A stretch of DNA of 64,000 nt from Anaerolineales bacterium (GCA_027023425.1 JALVVL010000007.1:89205-153204), one strand, 5' to 3'; numbered from the stretch's first letter, positions 52,603 through 62,515 are shown. Made by a program: numbers and translations. Notes: a model not told the origin generated them from the sequence alone.

Positions 52603-54096
52603 TCAATAGCGCCGGTAGAGGGCGTTAAATTCGCCGAGGCGGTCGGCTAAATTTTGGGGGAGGTCGGCTTTCATGCGCCAAGCCCAGTTCCCGCCGAGAC
52701 GACCGGGGTAATTCATGCGGGCTTCGTTGCCCAACGAAAGCACATCCTGAACGGGTGCAATCGCGAGCACTGCGGTTGAGCGCCAAGCCGCGCGGATCAA
52801 ATCCCACGCGATGTTTTCGCCGCTCACGGCAAGGTAGCGGCGGGCGTAATCGCGCTCTTCGGGCGTAGCGCGCTCGTTCCACCAACCCACAACCGTGTCG
52901 TTGTCGTGGGTGGTGGTGTAAACGGCAAAGTTGGGGTCGGTGTAATTGTGGGGCAAAAAGGGGTTGTCGGAGCCGCTTCCAAATGCAAAAACCAGCACCT
53001 TCATGCCGGGGAAGCCGAACTTGCGGCGCAGGGCTTCCACATCGGGCGTGATTACCCCCAAATCTTCGGCTATCAGCGGCGGGCTTTGGAGCGCATCGTT
53101 CACCGCCGAGAAGAAATCCTCCCCTGGGGCGGGAACCCAGCGGCCGTGCTCGGCAGTTTCTTCCTCTGCGGGCACTTCCCAGTAAGCCGCAAAGCCGCGG
53201 AAATGGTCAAGCCGCACCGCGTCCACCAACTCCAGCAAAAGGCGCAGGCGGCTGAGCCACCACGCGTAGCCGGTGCGGCGGTGCTCCTCCCAGCGGTAGA
53301 GGGGGTTGCCCCAGCGCTGGCCGGTGGGCGAGAAATAATCGGGCGGCACCCCGGCGACAACGCGCGGGTTGCCGTTTTCGTCTAAGTCAAACAGTTCGGG
53401 GTGCGCCCAAACATCGGCGCTGTCGTGGGCTACGAAAATCGGTGCATCGCCGATGAAGCGCACGGCGTGCTCGTGGGCGTGTTCACGCAGGTTGCGCCAT
53501 TGGCGGAAAAAGAGGAACTGGTGGAAGATGTGGCGCTCCACCGCGTCGGCGAGCGATGTGCGTGCTTTTTTCAGCGCCTTTTCGTCGCGGCGGCGGAGCG
53601 GCTCTTCCCATTGTGTCCACGGAGCGCCGCCGTGCGCCTCTTTGAGCGCCATGAACAGCGCAAAATCGTCCAGCCAAGCGCGATGGCGGGCGCGGAAGCC
53701 TTCCATTTCGGCGCGCAGGTCGGCGCGGGCGGCAAAGCGCTCGTAGGCGCGGTCAAGCAAGCCGAGTTTGAAAGGGATGACCGCGCCGTAGTCCACCTTC
53801 CCCGCAGGGAAAGTGGGGAGAGCGGCTAAATCGGCTACGGTGAGCAAGCCTTCGCTCAGCAAATCATCGGGGCTAATGAGGTATGGGTTCCCGGCGAAGG
53901 CGGAGAAGGTTTGGTAGGGCGAATCGCCGTAGCCGGTGGGGCCGAGTGGCAGAACTTGCCACCAGCGCACGCCAACCCTGCCGAGGGTGATGGCGAAACG
54001 GCGCGCCGCGGGGCCGAGGTCGCCTATTCCGTAGGGGCCGGGCAGGCTGGTGGGGTGCAAAAGCAAACCCGATGAGCGCTCAAAGCGGGCGGCCAA
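52603..54096 (-). CDS. malQ: 4-alpha-glucanotransferase (amylomaltase)
   Basis: RSSG.LLHPTSLPG..GIGDLG, DH.RG, GDAPIFVAHDSADVW, IAEDLG.IT, YT.THDN.T..GW: a complete GH77 pattern. Confidence 0.93.
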   Translation of the reverse strand: MAARFERSSGLLLHPTSLPGPYGIGDLGPAARRFAITLGRVGVRWWQVLPLGPTGYGDSPYQTFSAFAGNPYLISPDDLLSEGLLTVADLAALPTFPAGKVDYGAVIPFKLGLLDRAYERFAARADLRAEMEGFRARHRAWLDDFALFMALKEAHGGAPWTQWEEPLRRRDEKALKKARTSLADAVERHIFHQFLFFRQWRNLREHAHEHAVRFIGDAPIFVAHDSADVWAHPELFDLDENGNPRVVAGVPPDYFSPTGQRWGNPLYRWEEHRRTGYAWWLSRLRLLLELVDAVRLDHFRGFAAYWEVPAEEETAEHGRWVPAPGEDFFSAVNDALQSPPLIAEDLGVITPDVEALRRKFGFPGMKVLVFAFGSGSDNPFLPHNYTDPNFAVYTTTHDNDTVVGWWNERATPEERDYARRYLAVSGENIAWDLIRAAWRSTAVLAIAPVQDVLSLGNEARMNYPGRLGGNWAWRMKADLPQNLADRLGEFNALYRRY

Positions 54097-54145
54097 TTTA
54101 TTCCTCCGTTGGAGCGGGATTTTTTGAAAAACAGCAGCCGTTCAT

Positions 54146-54722
54146 CCTTGGCAAGGAGAAACCACAGATTACGCAGAAAAACATCCACCGATTGACACAG
54201 ATTTACACCGATAGGGTTGTTGAAACCGCAGATTTCGCAGATTCCACAGAAAAAATCTGTGCTAATCTGTGCAATCTGTGGTTTTCATCCACCGATTGAC
54301 ACAGATTTACACCGATAGGGTTGTTGAAACCGCAGATTTCGCTGATTCCGCAGAAAAAAATCTGTGCTAATCTGTGTAATCTGTGGTTTTCATCCACCGA
54401 TTGACACAGATTTACACCGATAGGGTTGTTGAAACCGCAGATTTCGCAGATTCCACAGAAAAAATCTGTGCTAATCTGTGTAATCTGTGGTTTTCATCCA
54501 CCGATTGACACAGATTTACACCGATTGAGTGAGAAAACCACAGAGGACACAGAAACACCACAGAAAACACAGAAATTTTCTCTTTGCGTCCTTTGCGCCT
54601 CTGTTCCCTCTGCGCCTCTGCGTTACCTCCTTGGCGTCCTTTGTGCCCTTGGCGACCTTGGCGTTAACCTCTTTGCGTCCTTTGCGCCTCTGTTCCCTCT
54701 GCGCCTCTGCGTTACCCTCGGC
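54146..54722. repeat. Family A mosaic cluster, copy 5, including a 104-105 bp tandem array (54182-54530, 3.3 units)
   Basis: Each unit is an S module plus an H hairpin, starting at 54182, 54286, 54391 and 54495 (partial), with only a few substitutions between units. Followed by C words (54534-54575) and alternating R'/K' words (54580-54722). ORFs 54072..54299, 54426..55190 and 54529..54777 are artefacts. Confidence 0.9.
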
Positions 54723-54734
54723 GCCCCAAAACCA

Positions 54735-56615
54735 TCACTTTTTCCAGCCTATGCCGCGCAGGATGAATTCCACATAAGCCTTGGCGCCGGTTGGGTTTGG
54801 ATGGGCAAAGTCCTCGTAAAACCAATCACGATGCGGCGTGGCGTAAGAATTCCAATCCAGCAGATGGGCTTCTTTCCAGCGCGAACACCCCCTTTCCAAC
54901 TGACGGTTCGCCAGTGGCGCCCAGCGAATTGGACTGCGGACGTTGACAAAATACACCTCGCGCACCCCGTGTTCCAAAAAGAGCGACATCACTTTATCAA
55001 AAGTTGCATCGGTGAAAGAACCGTTTGTGCCGAGGTGCACCACCACGATGGGGGCAAGGTGTTTTTGAGCGGCGAGCCGCGGCACGGCTGTGAGCAAATA
55101 CAAAAAGCGTCTGCCCTGGGCGGCGTCCATGTAAAAAGTTCCCTTTGGCAGAGTTTTTCGCCATGTGGGCAAAGTGCTGAGCATTATTGAATCGCCGAGC
55201 AGGGTGAGCCTAAGCCCCGTCGGAGTGGGAGAAATGGTGGGGGAAGGGGTGGCTGCCGCCGCCAAGGTGGTGGATTTTGGCGAGGGCGTACCGGTCAATT
55301 CCGGCAACCGCGTGGGCGTTGGAGACGGCGTTTGGGTCGGCGTGGACGCAGGCGCGGTGACGGCAAGTGTGCTTTCGGCGGCAAGGGCTTGTTCCAATTT
55401 GGAAGGGGCGGCCTGAGCCGAAATACGATTGAGGCTTGAAACCAGCCAAAATACCCCAACCGCCAAGGCCAAAACCGCCGCGCTTGTGCCCCAGCCGCGC
55501 CCTTTCTGCCAAACCATTTTTCCCCATGCCTTGAAGCCCATGCTCCGGATGGGATGCTCAACCAAACGGTAACTTATTTCGGCCAAAAGGCAGGCGGCCA
55601 GCCATTCGGCTAAAGCGCACAGCCCCAGCGGCCACGAGCATTCAAAGCGGGGGCGAAAAACCGCAATGAACGGCCAATGCCACAGGTAAATGGCGTAACT
55701 ACGCGTGCCTATCCAGCGGGGGATTGGATGCCCCAAAACCTTTGAGAACAAAGTACGAGGCGAAGAAGCAGCCAGCACCGCCGCGGCGGTTGCCGCCGAG
55801 GTCAGGAAAAAGCCGCCGCGGTACAAAAAATCCTGAAATTCATCAAGCCGGTAGTAGAGGAAAAGCAACAACGCCAGCCCAAGCCAGCCCGCCACCTCGG
55901 CAACACGGCGGTAGCGCTCTTTGCCGCCGGGAGGCCACAAAACGGCAAGCGCGCCCCCCAAAAGAAAACCGGCGGCGCGGGTATCAGTGCCGTAGTAAAG
56001 CCGCATGGGGTCGCCCTGCGGGGTAAACAACAGCGCCATCCACACAGCAGAAAGGACGGCCAGCCCGCCCACCGCGGCGGCCAACCTGAAGGAGCCGCGC
56101 TCGTTGGGCTTCACCCGCAAAAGCAACAAGAGCCCCCAAAGCGTAAGCGGCCAAAACAAGTAAAACTGCTCTTCCACCGCCAGCGACCAAAGGTGCTGAA
56201 GCAAAGGCGGCCTGCCGACGCGCTCAAAGTAAGGCACTTTGCGCAAAATGTAGAGGATATTGGTGGTGTAGGTAAAACCGGCGGGAAGGTCGGCGCGCAA
56301 GCGCGGCCAAGCATCCGGCGCCCAAACCCGCGCCAACACCACCGTGCCGAGCAACAAAAACCACAGCGCAGGCCAAAGCCGCCTCGCCCGCCGCAGCCAA
56401 AAGTTGCCCAGCCGCAGGCGACCGCGCTCGGCGTATTCTTTGAGCAAAATTGAGGTGATGAGGTAGCCCGAAAGCACAAAAAAACTCTCTACCCCCAAAA
56501 AGCCGCCCGCCGCCCACAAAAAGCCTATGTGGTAAAGGAAAACGGCGAGCACGGCCACCGCTCGCAAACCGTCTAAACCGGGCATGTAGGTCAGAGAAGG
56601 GCGAAATTTTGACAT
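54735..56615 (-). CDS. Acyltransferase-3 family membrane protein with C-terminal SGNH hydrolase domain (OatA-like O-acetyltransferase)
   Basis: N-terminus GLDGLRA.AV..V...H, about 10 TM helices. Thr/Pro-rich linker, then an SGNH block I (LLGDSIM) and later GTNG. Confidence 0.85.
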   Translation of the reverse strand: MSKFRPSLTYMPGLDGLRAVAVLAVFLYHIGFLWAAGGFLGVESFFVLSGYLITSILLKEYAERGRLRLGNFWLRRARRLWPALWFLLLGTVVLARVWAPDAWPRLRADLPAGFTYTTNILYILRKVPYFERVGRPPLLQHLWSLAVEEQFYLFWPLTLWGLLLLLRVKPNERGSFRLAAAVGGLAVLSAVWMALLFTPQGDPMRLYYGTDTRAAGFLLGGALAVLWPPGGKERYRRVAEVAGWLGLALLLFLYYRLDEFQDFLYRGGFFLTSAATAAAVLAASSPRTLFSKVLGHPIPRWIGTRSYAIYLWHWPFIAVFRPRFECSWPLGLCALAEWLAACLLAEISYRLVEHPIRSMGFKAWGKMVWQKGRGWGTSAAVLALAVGVFWLVSSLNRISAQAAPSKLEQALAAESTLAVTAPASTPTQTPSPTPTRLPELTGTPSPKSTTLAAAATPSPTISPTPTGLRLTLLGDSIMLSTLPTWRKTLPKGTFYMDAAQGRRFLYLLTAVPRLAAQKHLAPIVVVHLGTNGSFTDATFDKVMSLFLEHGVREVYFVNVRSPIRWAPLANRQLERGCSRWKEAHLLDWNSYATPHRDWFYEDFAHPNPTGAKAYVEFILRGIGWKK

Positions 56616-56624
56616 GGCCGATGC

Positions 56625-57371
56625 TCAAAACCTGCGCAAAAAGGCAACAAGAGCAGCCGAAAAGCAACTCGGGCGCTCGGCGTGGGTGTTGTGCCCGGCA
56701 AAGGGCATTATCAGGCTTTTGCCGCGGGCTAATTTCGCCGCCCGTTTGGCGATAGGAGGGTATTTAGGGTCAAGCGCGCCCGCAATCCACAACGAAGGCA
56801 CGCGCAGCGATGGCAAAGCAGGCCATAAATTCGGTTGCCTTCCCGGGCTCATTGCAGAAACAACTTGCGACATGCTCGCCGCATCTTGGAAGGAGCGCTC
56901 TTCCAGCATTTTCTTGAGAATTTCTGGCCTTCGGTGCAGCGATTCAAAAAGCGGCATGGAATACCATTCGGAGAGGAACGCCTTTAGGCCGCGACGGCGG
57001 ATGGCTTCGGCACGGCGCTCATCCTCCTTGGCGCGGGCAAGCCGTTTTTCCGCCTCCTCAATTCCCGGATTGGCCGATTCAAACACCGCCGCTGTAACTG
57101 CTTCGGGGTGCTCCAGAGCAAACGCCAAGGCAACCCTTCCCCCAAGCGAATAGCCGACCAAAGCGACTTCTTTCCAGCCGAGCGTGCTCAGCAAGCCGAG
57201 CAGCCATTCGTTCCAAGCGGCGTAGGAATGTTCCCGCGGCGGGGTTTTGCCGTGCGCCGGTAGGTCTGGGGCGTTCCATTCAAAACCGGCGGCGTCCAGC
57301 GCGGCGCCCACCTCCGCCCAATCGCTCCCCTTCCCCATAAAACCGTGCAGGAGGACAACGGGGAATTTCAT
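56625..57371 (-). CDS. Alpha/beta hydrolase, MenH-like
   Basis: VVLLHGFMGKGSDW, nucleophile elbow GYSLGG, C-terminal GH. Start set at the ATG at 57371. The specific MenH assignment is tentative. Confidence 0.6.
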   Translation of the reverse strand: MKFPVVLLHGFMGKGSDWAEVGAALDAAGFEWNAPDLPAHGKTPPREHSYAAWNEWLLGLLSTLGWKEVALVGYSLGGRVALAFALEHPEAVTAAVFESANPGIEEAEKRLARAKEDERRAEAIRRRGLKAFLSEWYSMPLFESLHRRPEILKKMLEERSFQDAASMSQVVSAMSPGRQPNLWPALPSLRVPSLWIAGALDPKYPPIAKRAAKLARGKSLIMPFAGHNTHAERPSCFSAALVAFLRRF

Positions 57372-57375
57372 GGTG

Positions 57376-58230
57376 CTAAACAAGGCCGCGCCCCATCGCT
57401 TCGGCAATGAGGCGCGCTTGGCGCACAAGCGCCGGCAGTTGGGAAATGGGGAGTTGTTGCTCGGGGTCGGAAAGGGCGGCGCTTGGTTGAGGGTGCACTT
57501 CCACCAACAAGCCATCCGCGCCGGCAGCGATGATGGCGCGCGCGGCCGGTATCACCAAATCGGCGCGACCGGTCGCGTGGCTGGGGTCGCCAATGACAGG
57601 CCAAGGGCTTTCTTGCTTTGCCAGCGCAATGGCGTTGGTATCCAGCGTGTTGCGGGTTGCGTTTTCAAAAGTGCGGATGCCGCGCTCGCACAGGATTATG
57701 CGCCGATTGCCGCGGCGGGCTATGTGCTCGGCGGCAAGCAACCATTCCTTCACGGTGCTCATAAACCCCCGCTTGAGCAACACCGGCTTGTCGGTTTCGC
57801 CAACCGCCCAGAGCAGGGGGTAATGTTGCATGTTGCGGCTGCCGATTTGGATAATGTCGGCATACTCCGCCACGGCTTCAACGTGTTCTACGCCGAGCGC
57901 CTCGGTGACGACGAACATGCCAAATTCGTCGGCTACTGCGCGCAAAATCCGCAAGCCCTCAAGCCCCAGCCCTTGGAAGGAAAACGGCGAAGTGCGCGGC
58001 TTGAAAGCCCCGCCGCGCAATACTCTCAACCCATGAGCCGCCATTGCAGCGGCGACGGCGCGCGTCTGCTCATAACTTTCTACCGAGCAAGGCCCCGCCA
58101 TTAACACAACAGGCTCGCCCGCCCCTATTGTCAGGTCGGGCGCAATTTGAACTTTTTGTTTTGTGGAAGAAACGGCGGCTACTTTCACAACTTGCTCCAA
58201 TGGCGTTGTGCGCTGGATATTGTACCGCAT
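57376..58230 (-). CDS. 3-deoxy-7-phosphoheptulonate (DAHP) synthase, type I-beta (DAHPS/KDO8PS family)
   Basis: LMAGPCSVES.EQ, LRGGAFKPRTSP.SFQG, KRG, DPSHA.G: the type I-beta DAHPS pattern. A short N-terminal extension and no chorismate mutase domain. Confidence 0.85.
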   Translation of the reverse strand: MRYNIQRTTPLEQVVKVAAVSSTKQKVQIAPDLTIGAGEPVVLMAGPCSVESYEQTRAVAAAMAAHGLRVLRGGAFKPRTSPFSFQGLGLEGLRILRAVADEFGMFVVTEALGVEHVEAVAEYADIIQIGSRNMQHYPLLWAVGETDKPVLLKRGFMSTVKEWLLAAEHIARRGNRRIILCERGIRTFENATRNTLDTNAIALAKQESPWPVIGDPSHATGRADLVIPAARAIIAAGADGLLVEVHPQPSAALSDPEQQLPISQLPALVRQARLIAEAMGRGLV

Positions 58231-58336
58231 GGGCTTAGCCGTGGCAAAAGGAAGGGTATAATGCCCAAAGTGGCTTTGACCTTACTCGCTGAGGCATAGA
58301 ACCAGCGGGACATTGCATGAATGGGTGAGGTTTGGG

Positions 58337-59890
58337 ATGAAATTTTACCTTTACTTTTCGGCGTTTATCACGGGCTTAGCATCGCTGGCGGTGGAATTGG
58401 CGGCATCGCGGTTGTTGGGGGCTTATTTTGGCACAAGCAATTTGGTTTGGGCGGCGATAATTGGCCTGATTTTGTTGTACCTAACGGCAGGCTACTTTTT
58501 AGGCGGCGCATGGGCCGACAGATCGCCGCGCCCGCTTACCCTTTACGCCATCATGGCTTGGGCGGGGTTGGGGGTGGCGCTGGTGCCGGTGGTGGCGCGC
58601 CCGCTCCTCCTCCGCGCCGCAACCGCCTTTGATCAACTGCAAATCGGCGTCCTGTTGGGGGCGTTTTTCTCGGTGCTGGTGCTCTTCAGCGTGCCGATAA
58701 CCCTTTTGGGTATGGTTTCGCCTTTTGTAATACGAATTGTGCTCGGCGGCGAACGCGGCGGCACAAGCCGCTCGGGGCACGTTGCCGGGCGCGTCTACGC
58801 TGTTTCCACCTTAGGCTCGTTTGTAGGCACATTTTTGCCCGACCTGTTGCTCATCCCGCTGTTGGGCACGCGGCGCACGTTTTTGCTACTGGGGCTCACG
58901 TTGGTGCTTACCGCCTTGCTGGGAATGTCGCTCACGCGCCCGCGGCGCGCTTTGCTTTACCTCTGGATGCCGGTGCTCATCGCGGCGCTGTGGGTTGGCT
59001 GGGCAAACAAGCCCATCAAAAACACCGCCGGGCAAATCTATGAGACCGAATCCGCTTACAACTACATTCAAGTCCTGCAGGTGGGCGATTTTCGTTTGTT
59101 GAGACTAAACGAGGGGCAGGGTATCCACTCGGTTTACCACCCTAAGCAACTTGCCTATCATGGCTCTTGGATGATGTTTTTGGCCGCTCCCTATTTTTAT
59201 GCCAAGCCATCGCCGCCGCGGCGAATGGCAATTGTGGGCTTGGCGGCAGGTACGGTTGCGCGCCAGGCCACTGCCGCGTTTGGCCCAATTCCCATTGATG
59301 GCTATGAAATTGACCCCGAAATCGTGCGCGTGGGCTACCGCTATTTCGGATTGGACGCGCTGCCAAACCTGAACGCTCACATTGAGGATGGGCGCGTTGG
59401 CATACGCCGTTCGCCTTATCGCTATGACCTGATTGTGGTGGATGCTTTCCGCCCACCTTACATCCCGTGGCATTTGACCACGCGCGAGTTTTTTGAATTG
59501 TTGAAGGCGCGGCTGAGTGAACGCGGCGCCGTCGCCGTGAATATGGGCATTTTGCCGGATGATAGGCGCTTGATGGACGACATCGCTGCCACCATGCGCG
59601 CAGTTTTCCCGTCAGTGTACGCCGCGCGCGTGCCTAACGCCTTCAACGCCATTGTGTACGCCACAAATCAACCCACGCATTGGGGAAACTTGACAGCGAA
59701 CCTGAGGGCTATGCAAAACTCGCCCGCAACGCCGCTATTGTTGGTGCAAGCAATGGAAATGGCCGTGGGCAACCGCTTGCGCTTAGGCCATGGGGAGGTG
59801 TTTACCGATGACCGCGCGCCAGTTGACTTAATCACCGACAGCATGGTTTTGCGGTATGTGCTTGAAGCAAGCGACGCGGCCATCCGGTAG
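58337..59890 (+). CDS. Membrane-anchored spermidine synthase-like (polyamine aminopropyltransferase family) protein
   Basis: About 7 N-terminal TM helices, then a class I MTase-like fold (IVGLAAGT, DLIVVDAF) typical of the fused membrane/spermidine-synthase family. Confidence 0.7.
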   Translation: MKFYLYFSAFITGLASLAVELAASRLLGAYFGTSNLVWAAIIGLILLYLTAGYFLGGAWADRSPRPLTLYAIMAWAGLGVALVPVVARPLLLRAATAFDQLQIGVLLGAFFSVLVLFSVPITLLGMVSPFVIRIVLGGERGGTSRSGHVAGRVYAVSTLGSFVGTFLPDLLLIPLLGTRRTFLLLGLTLVLTALLGMSLTRPRRALLYLWMPVLIAALWVGWANKPIKNTAGQIYETESAYNYIQVLQVGDFRLLRLNEGQGIHSVYHPKQLAYHGSWMMFLAAPYFYAKPSPPRRMAIVGLAAGTVARQATAAFGPIPIDGYEIDPEIVRVGYRYFGLDALPNLNAHIEDGRVGIRRSPYRYDLIVVDAFRPPYIPWHLTTREFFELLKARLSERGAVAVNMGILPDDRRLMDDIAATMRAVFPSVYAARVPNAFNAIVYATNQPTHWGNLTANLRAMQNSPATPLLLVQAMEMAVGNRLRLGHGEVFTDDRAPVDLITDSMVLRYVLEASDAAIR

Positions 59891-59900
59891 TTTGCGCGCG

Positions 59901-59939
59901 AAAACCGCAGACTGCACGGATTTTTCGCACAGTCTGCGG
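59901..59939 (-). terminator. H-like hairpin acting as probable rho-independent terminator for the minus-strand lipoprotein gene
   Basis: On the minus strand: CCGCAGACTG..loop..CAGTCTGCGG followed by TTTTCG. The stem word (AAAACCGCAGA...) is related to the family A H module. Confidence 0.5.
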
Positions 59940-59958
59940 CTCTGGAAGTCAAAAACGG

Positions 59959-61197
59959 CTACGGCGTAGAGACGTGTGGATCCACCCAAACCGCCCAATC
60001 TTGCGCCGAAGAACCGTTGGCGCGCACTACAAGCCTGAATTGAACTTGTCGGTTGGCCATGGGGGTCAACAAAATGTCCACCGAATACAAGTGCCCATTG
60101 CAAGCCTTTTGCTTGGAATACAGGCGCGCCGGATGGTTGTTGTAAAACGCCCAAACTTCAAACACCACATTGCCCACGCCGCAGCCGCCGTTTGCTGCCG
60201 CAATGAAGCCAAACTTTGCCTTGAAGTGAGCGTTAGCAGGTACAAACACGGATGGATACGTTCCTGTAATTGAGCCGTTATCCACCCACTGCGGGTGAGT
60301 TTCCAACACATGGGTGTGGTGTTGCCCGTCTTCCAGTAGGTACTGGTCGGCATAGCGGGCAAAGCCGCGAGAATCGCTGTTGCTCCCCGGGAAAGGCAAA
60401 ACCGCGCCTTGGCCGTTTCTCCAACTGGCCTGCGGGGCTTTGGCGTAAAGATCAAGCACCAGCATGGCGGGTGGAGGTAGAGTGGGCGAAGGGGTGGCCG
60501 TGGGAGCCGAAGTGTTGGTGGGAGTAACTGTCGGGGCAGTCACTTTTATCTTGACCCAAAAAGCCCTGTCCTCTTTTAGCCCAAACACAACGCCTTTATC
60601 ATCACGAATTTTCCAATACCCCTCGTAAGTGCCTTCATCTGAGGGGGCTACCAGGTCAACCGAAACGTCAACCGCCTGCCCCGGCGCCACGCTGGCGCTA
60701 ATAGGCACAGCAGCTGCGCCTCCCATAGCGTCGCCATGGTCAAACACAAGGCTGTAATTCTGCCAAGTGCAAGTGCCAGCGTTTTTCAAACGCCAAGTTT
60801 TGGTGAAATGCTCTCCCGGCTTGAGAACAGTGCCGTCCTTTACCGTCACGTCCTTGACAAATGCGGCAAGGTTGCACGGCTTTGGTGTAGGCGTTGGGGG
60901 AACGGTAGAAGTGGGAGGCGGTGTAGCAGTTAGCGGCTGGGTGTGGGTGGAGGTGGGCTGTGGTGGCGCCGAAGTAGGTGCCGCTGTGTCCGCTGAGGTC
61001 GGTTTGGACGTTGGGGTGTTCTTGCTTTGAGCGGTGGACGCTTGGGCGGCAGCAGTGCTCATTGCTTGGATGGTGGCGGCCGCTGCGGTTTGCACTGCAT
61101 CACCTTTGCCCGCGGCAGATTTGCCCCACGGCAAACTACAGGCGATTAGCACGAACAAAACTATCATCATCAGGGGCAGGGCAACCTTCGTTTTCAT
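59959..61197 (-). CDS. Lipoprotein with NBR1-like Ig-fold domain and a C-terminal domain of unknown function
   Basis: Signal plus lipobox (FVLIAC), Thr/Pro/Ala-rich linker. FVKDVTVKDGTVLKPGEHFTKTWRLKNAGTCTW......PGQAVDVSVDLVAP..EGTYEGYWKIRD is paralogous to 8431-8964. The remaining ~190 aa are unrecognised. Confidence 0.65.
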   Translation of the reverse strand: MKTKVALPLMMIVLFVLIACSLPWGKSAAGKGDAVQTAAAATIQAMSTAAAQASTAQSKNTPTSKPTSADTAAPTSAPPQPTSTHTQPLTATPPPTSTVPPTPTPKPCNLAAFVKDVTVKDGTVLKPGEHFTKTWRLKNAGTCTWQNYSLVFDHGDAMGGAAAVPISASVAPGQAVDVSVDLVAPSDEGTYEGYWKIRDDKGVVFGLKEDRAFWVKIKVTAPTVTPTNTSAPTATPSPTLPPPAMLVLDLYAKAPQASWRNGQGAVLPFPGSNSDSRGFARYADQYLLEDGQHHTHVLETHPQWVDNGSITGTYPSVFVPANAHFKAKFGFIAAANGGCGVGNVVFEVWAFYNNHPARLYSKQKACNGHLYSVDILLTPMANRQVQFRLVVRANGSSAQDWAVWVDPHVSTP

Positions 61198-61338
61198 CCT
61201 TTTCTCCTTGGTCTTTAGGGTTCAAGGGTAAACACGCACGCGGGAAAGGGAGAATTGAGCGTTACTCAGCGGTGGAGCGGCCAAAATAACGCCTTTTGCC
61301 CCCTGAATCGGCCATAGACCGAGGGATTTATAAAACTA

Positions 61339-61488
61339 AGAGTTACGCAGTTCCCCGCTTTCTGTCATCGCGAGGCGGTCGTAGACCGCCGAAGCGGTCT
61401 CCCCCACTGTTTGGGGGATGGCTTCGCCGTCTATGGCGGCTCGCCATGACATGAAAACGCGCGCTTTTGCCAGCAACTGCGTAAGTCC
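61339..61488. repeat. Family C palindromic element, full copy
   Basis: AGAGTTACGCAGTT...GTCATCGCGAGGCGGTCGTAGACCGCCGAAGCGGTCTCCCCCACTGTTTGGGGGATGGCTTCGCCGTCTATGGCGGCTCGCCATGACATG...GCAACTGCGTAAGTCC. Colinear with 39421-39570. Confidence 0.85.
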
Positions 61489-61795
61489 TAAAAACTTTAG
61501 GTACTCCCGTAGGTTTTTGGTCACAAAGGCACAAAGGGCCTTTTTTGAGCACCTTTCCTTGCATGGCGAGGGAGCAACCATGCTCTGCGCGCCCTTGAAA
61601 ATGGGGGAATGGGAAGTTGGACTTGCTTGCTATCATTATACACGAATTTATCGCTAACGTGCGGCGGGGTAAGGCATAGGAGGATGCTTTTACCACGGGG
61701 GCTTTGTGCGGCTCGTTTTGGCATGTTTTGCTTTCACTGTGCAGTTCCCCATGCTCTTTGCCGCCCAATGGTACAATCGGAAAGACGGAGAGAAA

Positions 61796-62515
61796 ATGCA
61801 CCCCAAAATTCAAGAGCAACTACTGGAACTGAACCGCAAATTCTACACCGACTTCGGGGCAGCGTTTTCCGAAAAACGCTGGCGCATTCAACCCGGCGTG
61901 GCGCGGGTGCTGGAAGCGGTAGGCCAAAAGGCCAAAGTGCTGGATGTGGGATGCGGCAACGGTGGGGTGTTGGCCGCCCTTCTGCGCCGCGGCTTTTTGG
62001 GTGTGTATGTCGGTGTGGATTTCAGCCCTGAGTTGCTCGCCGCGGCGCGCCGGCTTCTCAAAGAATATCCAGAGGCCATGTTTTTGGAACGGGATGTAAC
62101 CCTGCCTCACTGGCATGATGGCTTGCCTTCACCTTTTGATTTTGTGTTTGCCTTTTCGGTGCTCCATCACATTCCCGGGGAAGAGCGGCGGGAGCGCCTG
62201 CTGGCCGAAATTCGTTCCCTGCTACCGAGCGGTGGCTTGTTTGTGCATTCGCATTGGCAGTTTTTGAACAGCCCCCGCCTGCGCGCCCGCATCCAGCCTT
62301 GGGAAAAAGCCGGAATTGACCCCGACGCGGTTGACCCAAACGACTATCTGCTGGATTGGCGGCATCGCGGCGCTGGCCTGCGGTATGTGCATTTGTTTTC
62401 AGAGGAAGAATTGCGCCGCCTTGCCGCCCAAACGGGCTTTCGCATCCACCAAACTTTTTACTCTGACGGCGAGGGGGGGCGTTTGGGGCTTTATCAGATT
62501 TGGGAGGCGGAATGA
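61796..62515 (+). CDS. Class I SAM-dependent methyltransferase
   Basis: Motif I VLDVGCGNGG and post-I/II acidic residues. Start set at the ATG at 61796 (GGAGAG upstream). ATGA overlap with recO. Confidence 0.75.
   Translation: MHPKIQEQLLELNRKFYTDFGAAFSEKRWRIQPGVARVLEAVGQKAKVLDVGCGNGGVLAALLRRGFLGVYVGVDFSPELLAAARRLLKEYPEAMFLERDVTLPHWHDGLPSPFDFVFAFSVLHHIPGEERRERLLAEIRSLLPSGGLFVHSHWQFLNSPRLRARIQPWEKAGIDPDAVDPNDYLLDWRHRGAGLRYVHLFSEEELRRLAAQTGFRIHQTFYSDGEGGRLGLYQIWEAE

Noticed and set aside
54189-54220. The TTGACA inside every S module as an outward-facing sigma-70 promoter.
   Set aside because: The best downstream -10-like hexamer (TAGGGT) is only 14 nt away, and other spacings give no TAnnnT. 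The hexamer may just be part of the CACCGATTGA half-site. Not excluded experimentally, but the sequence does not support it.
54182-54530. Possible CRISPR array (regularly spaced ~35-nt S modules).
   Set aside because: The sequence between the S modules is itself repeated almost identically in every unit (the H hairpin), so there are no unique spacers. The period is 104-105 bp, and no cas genes or leader are present. It is a tandem repeat, not a CRISPR array.
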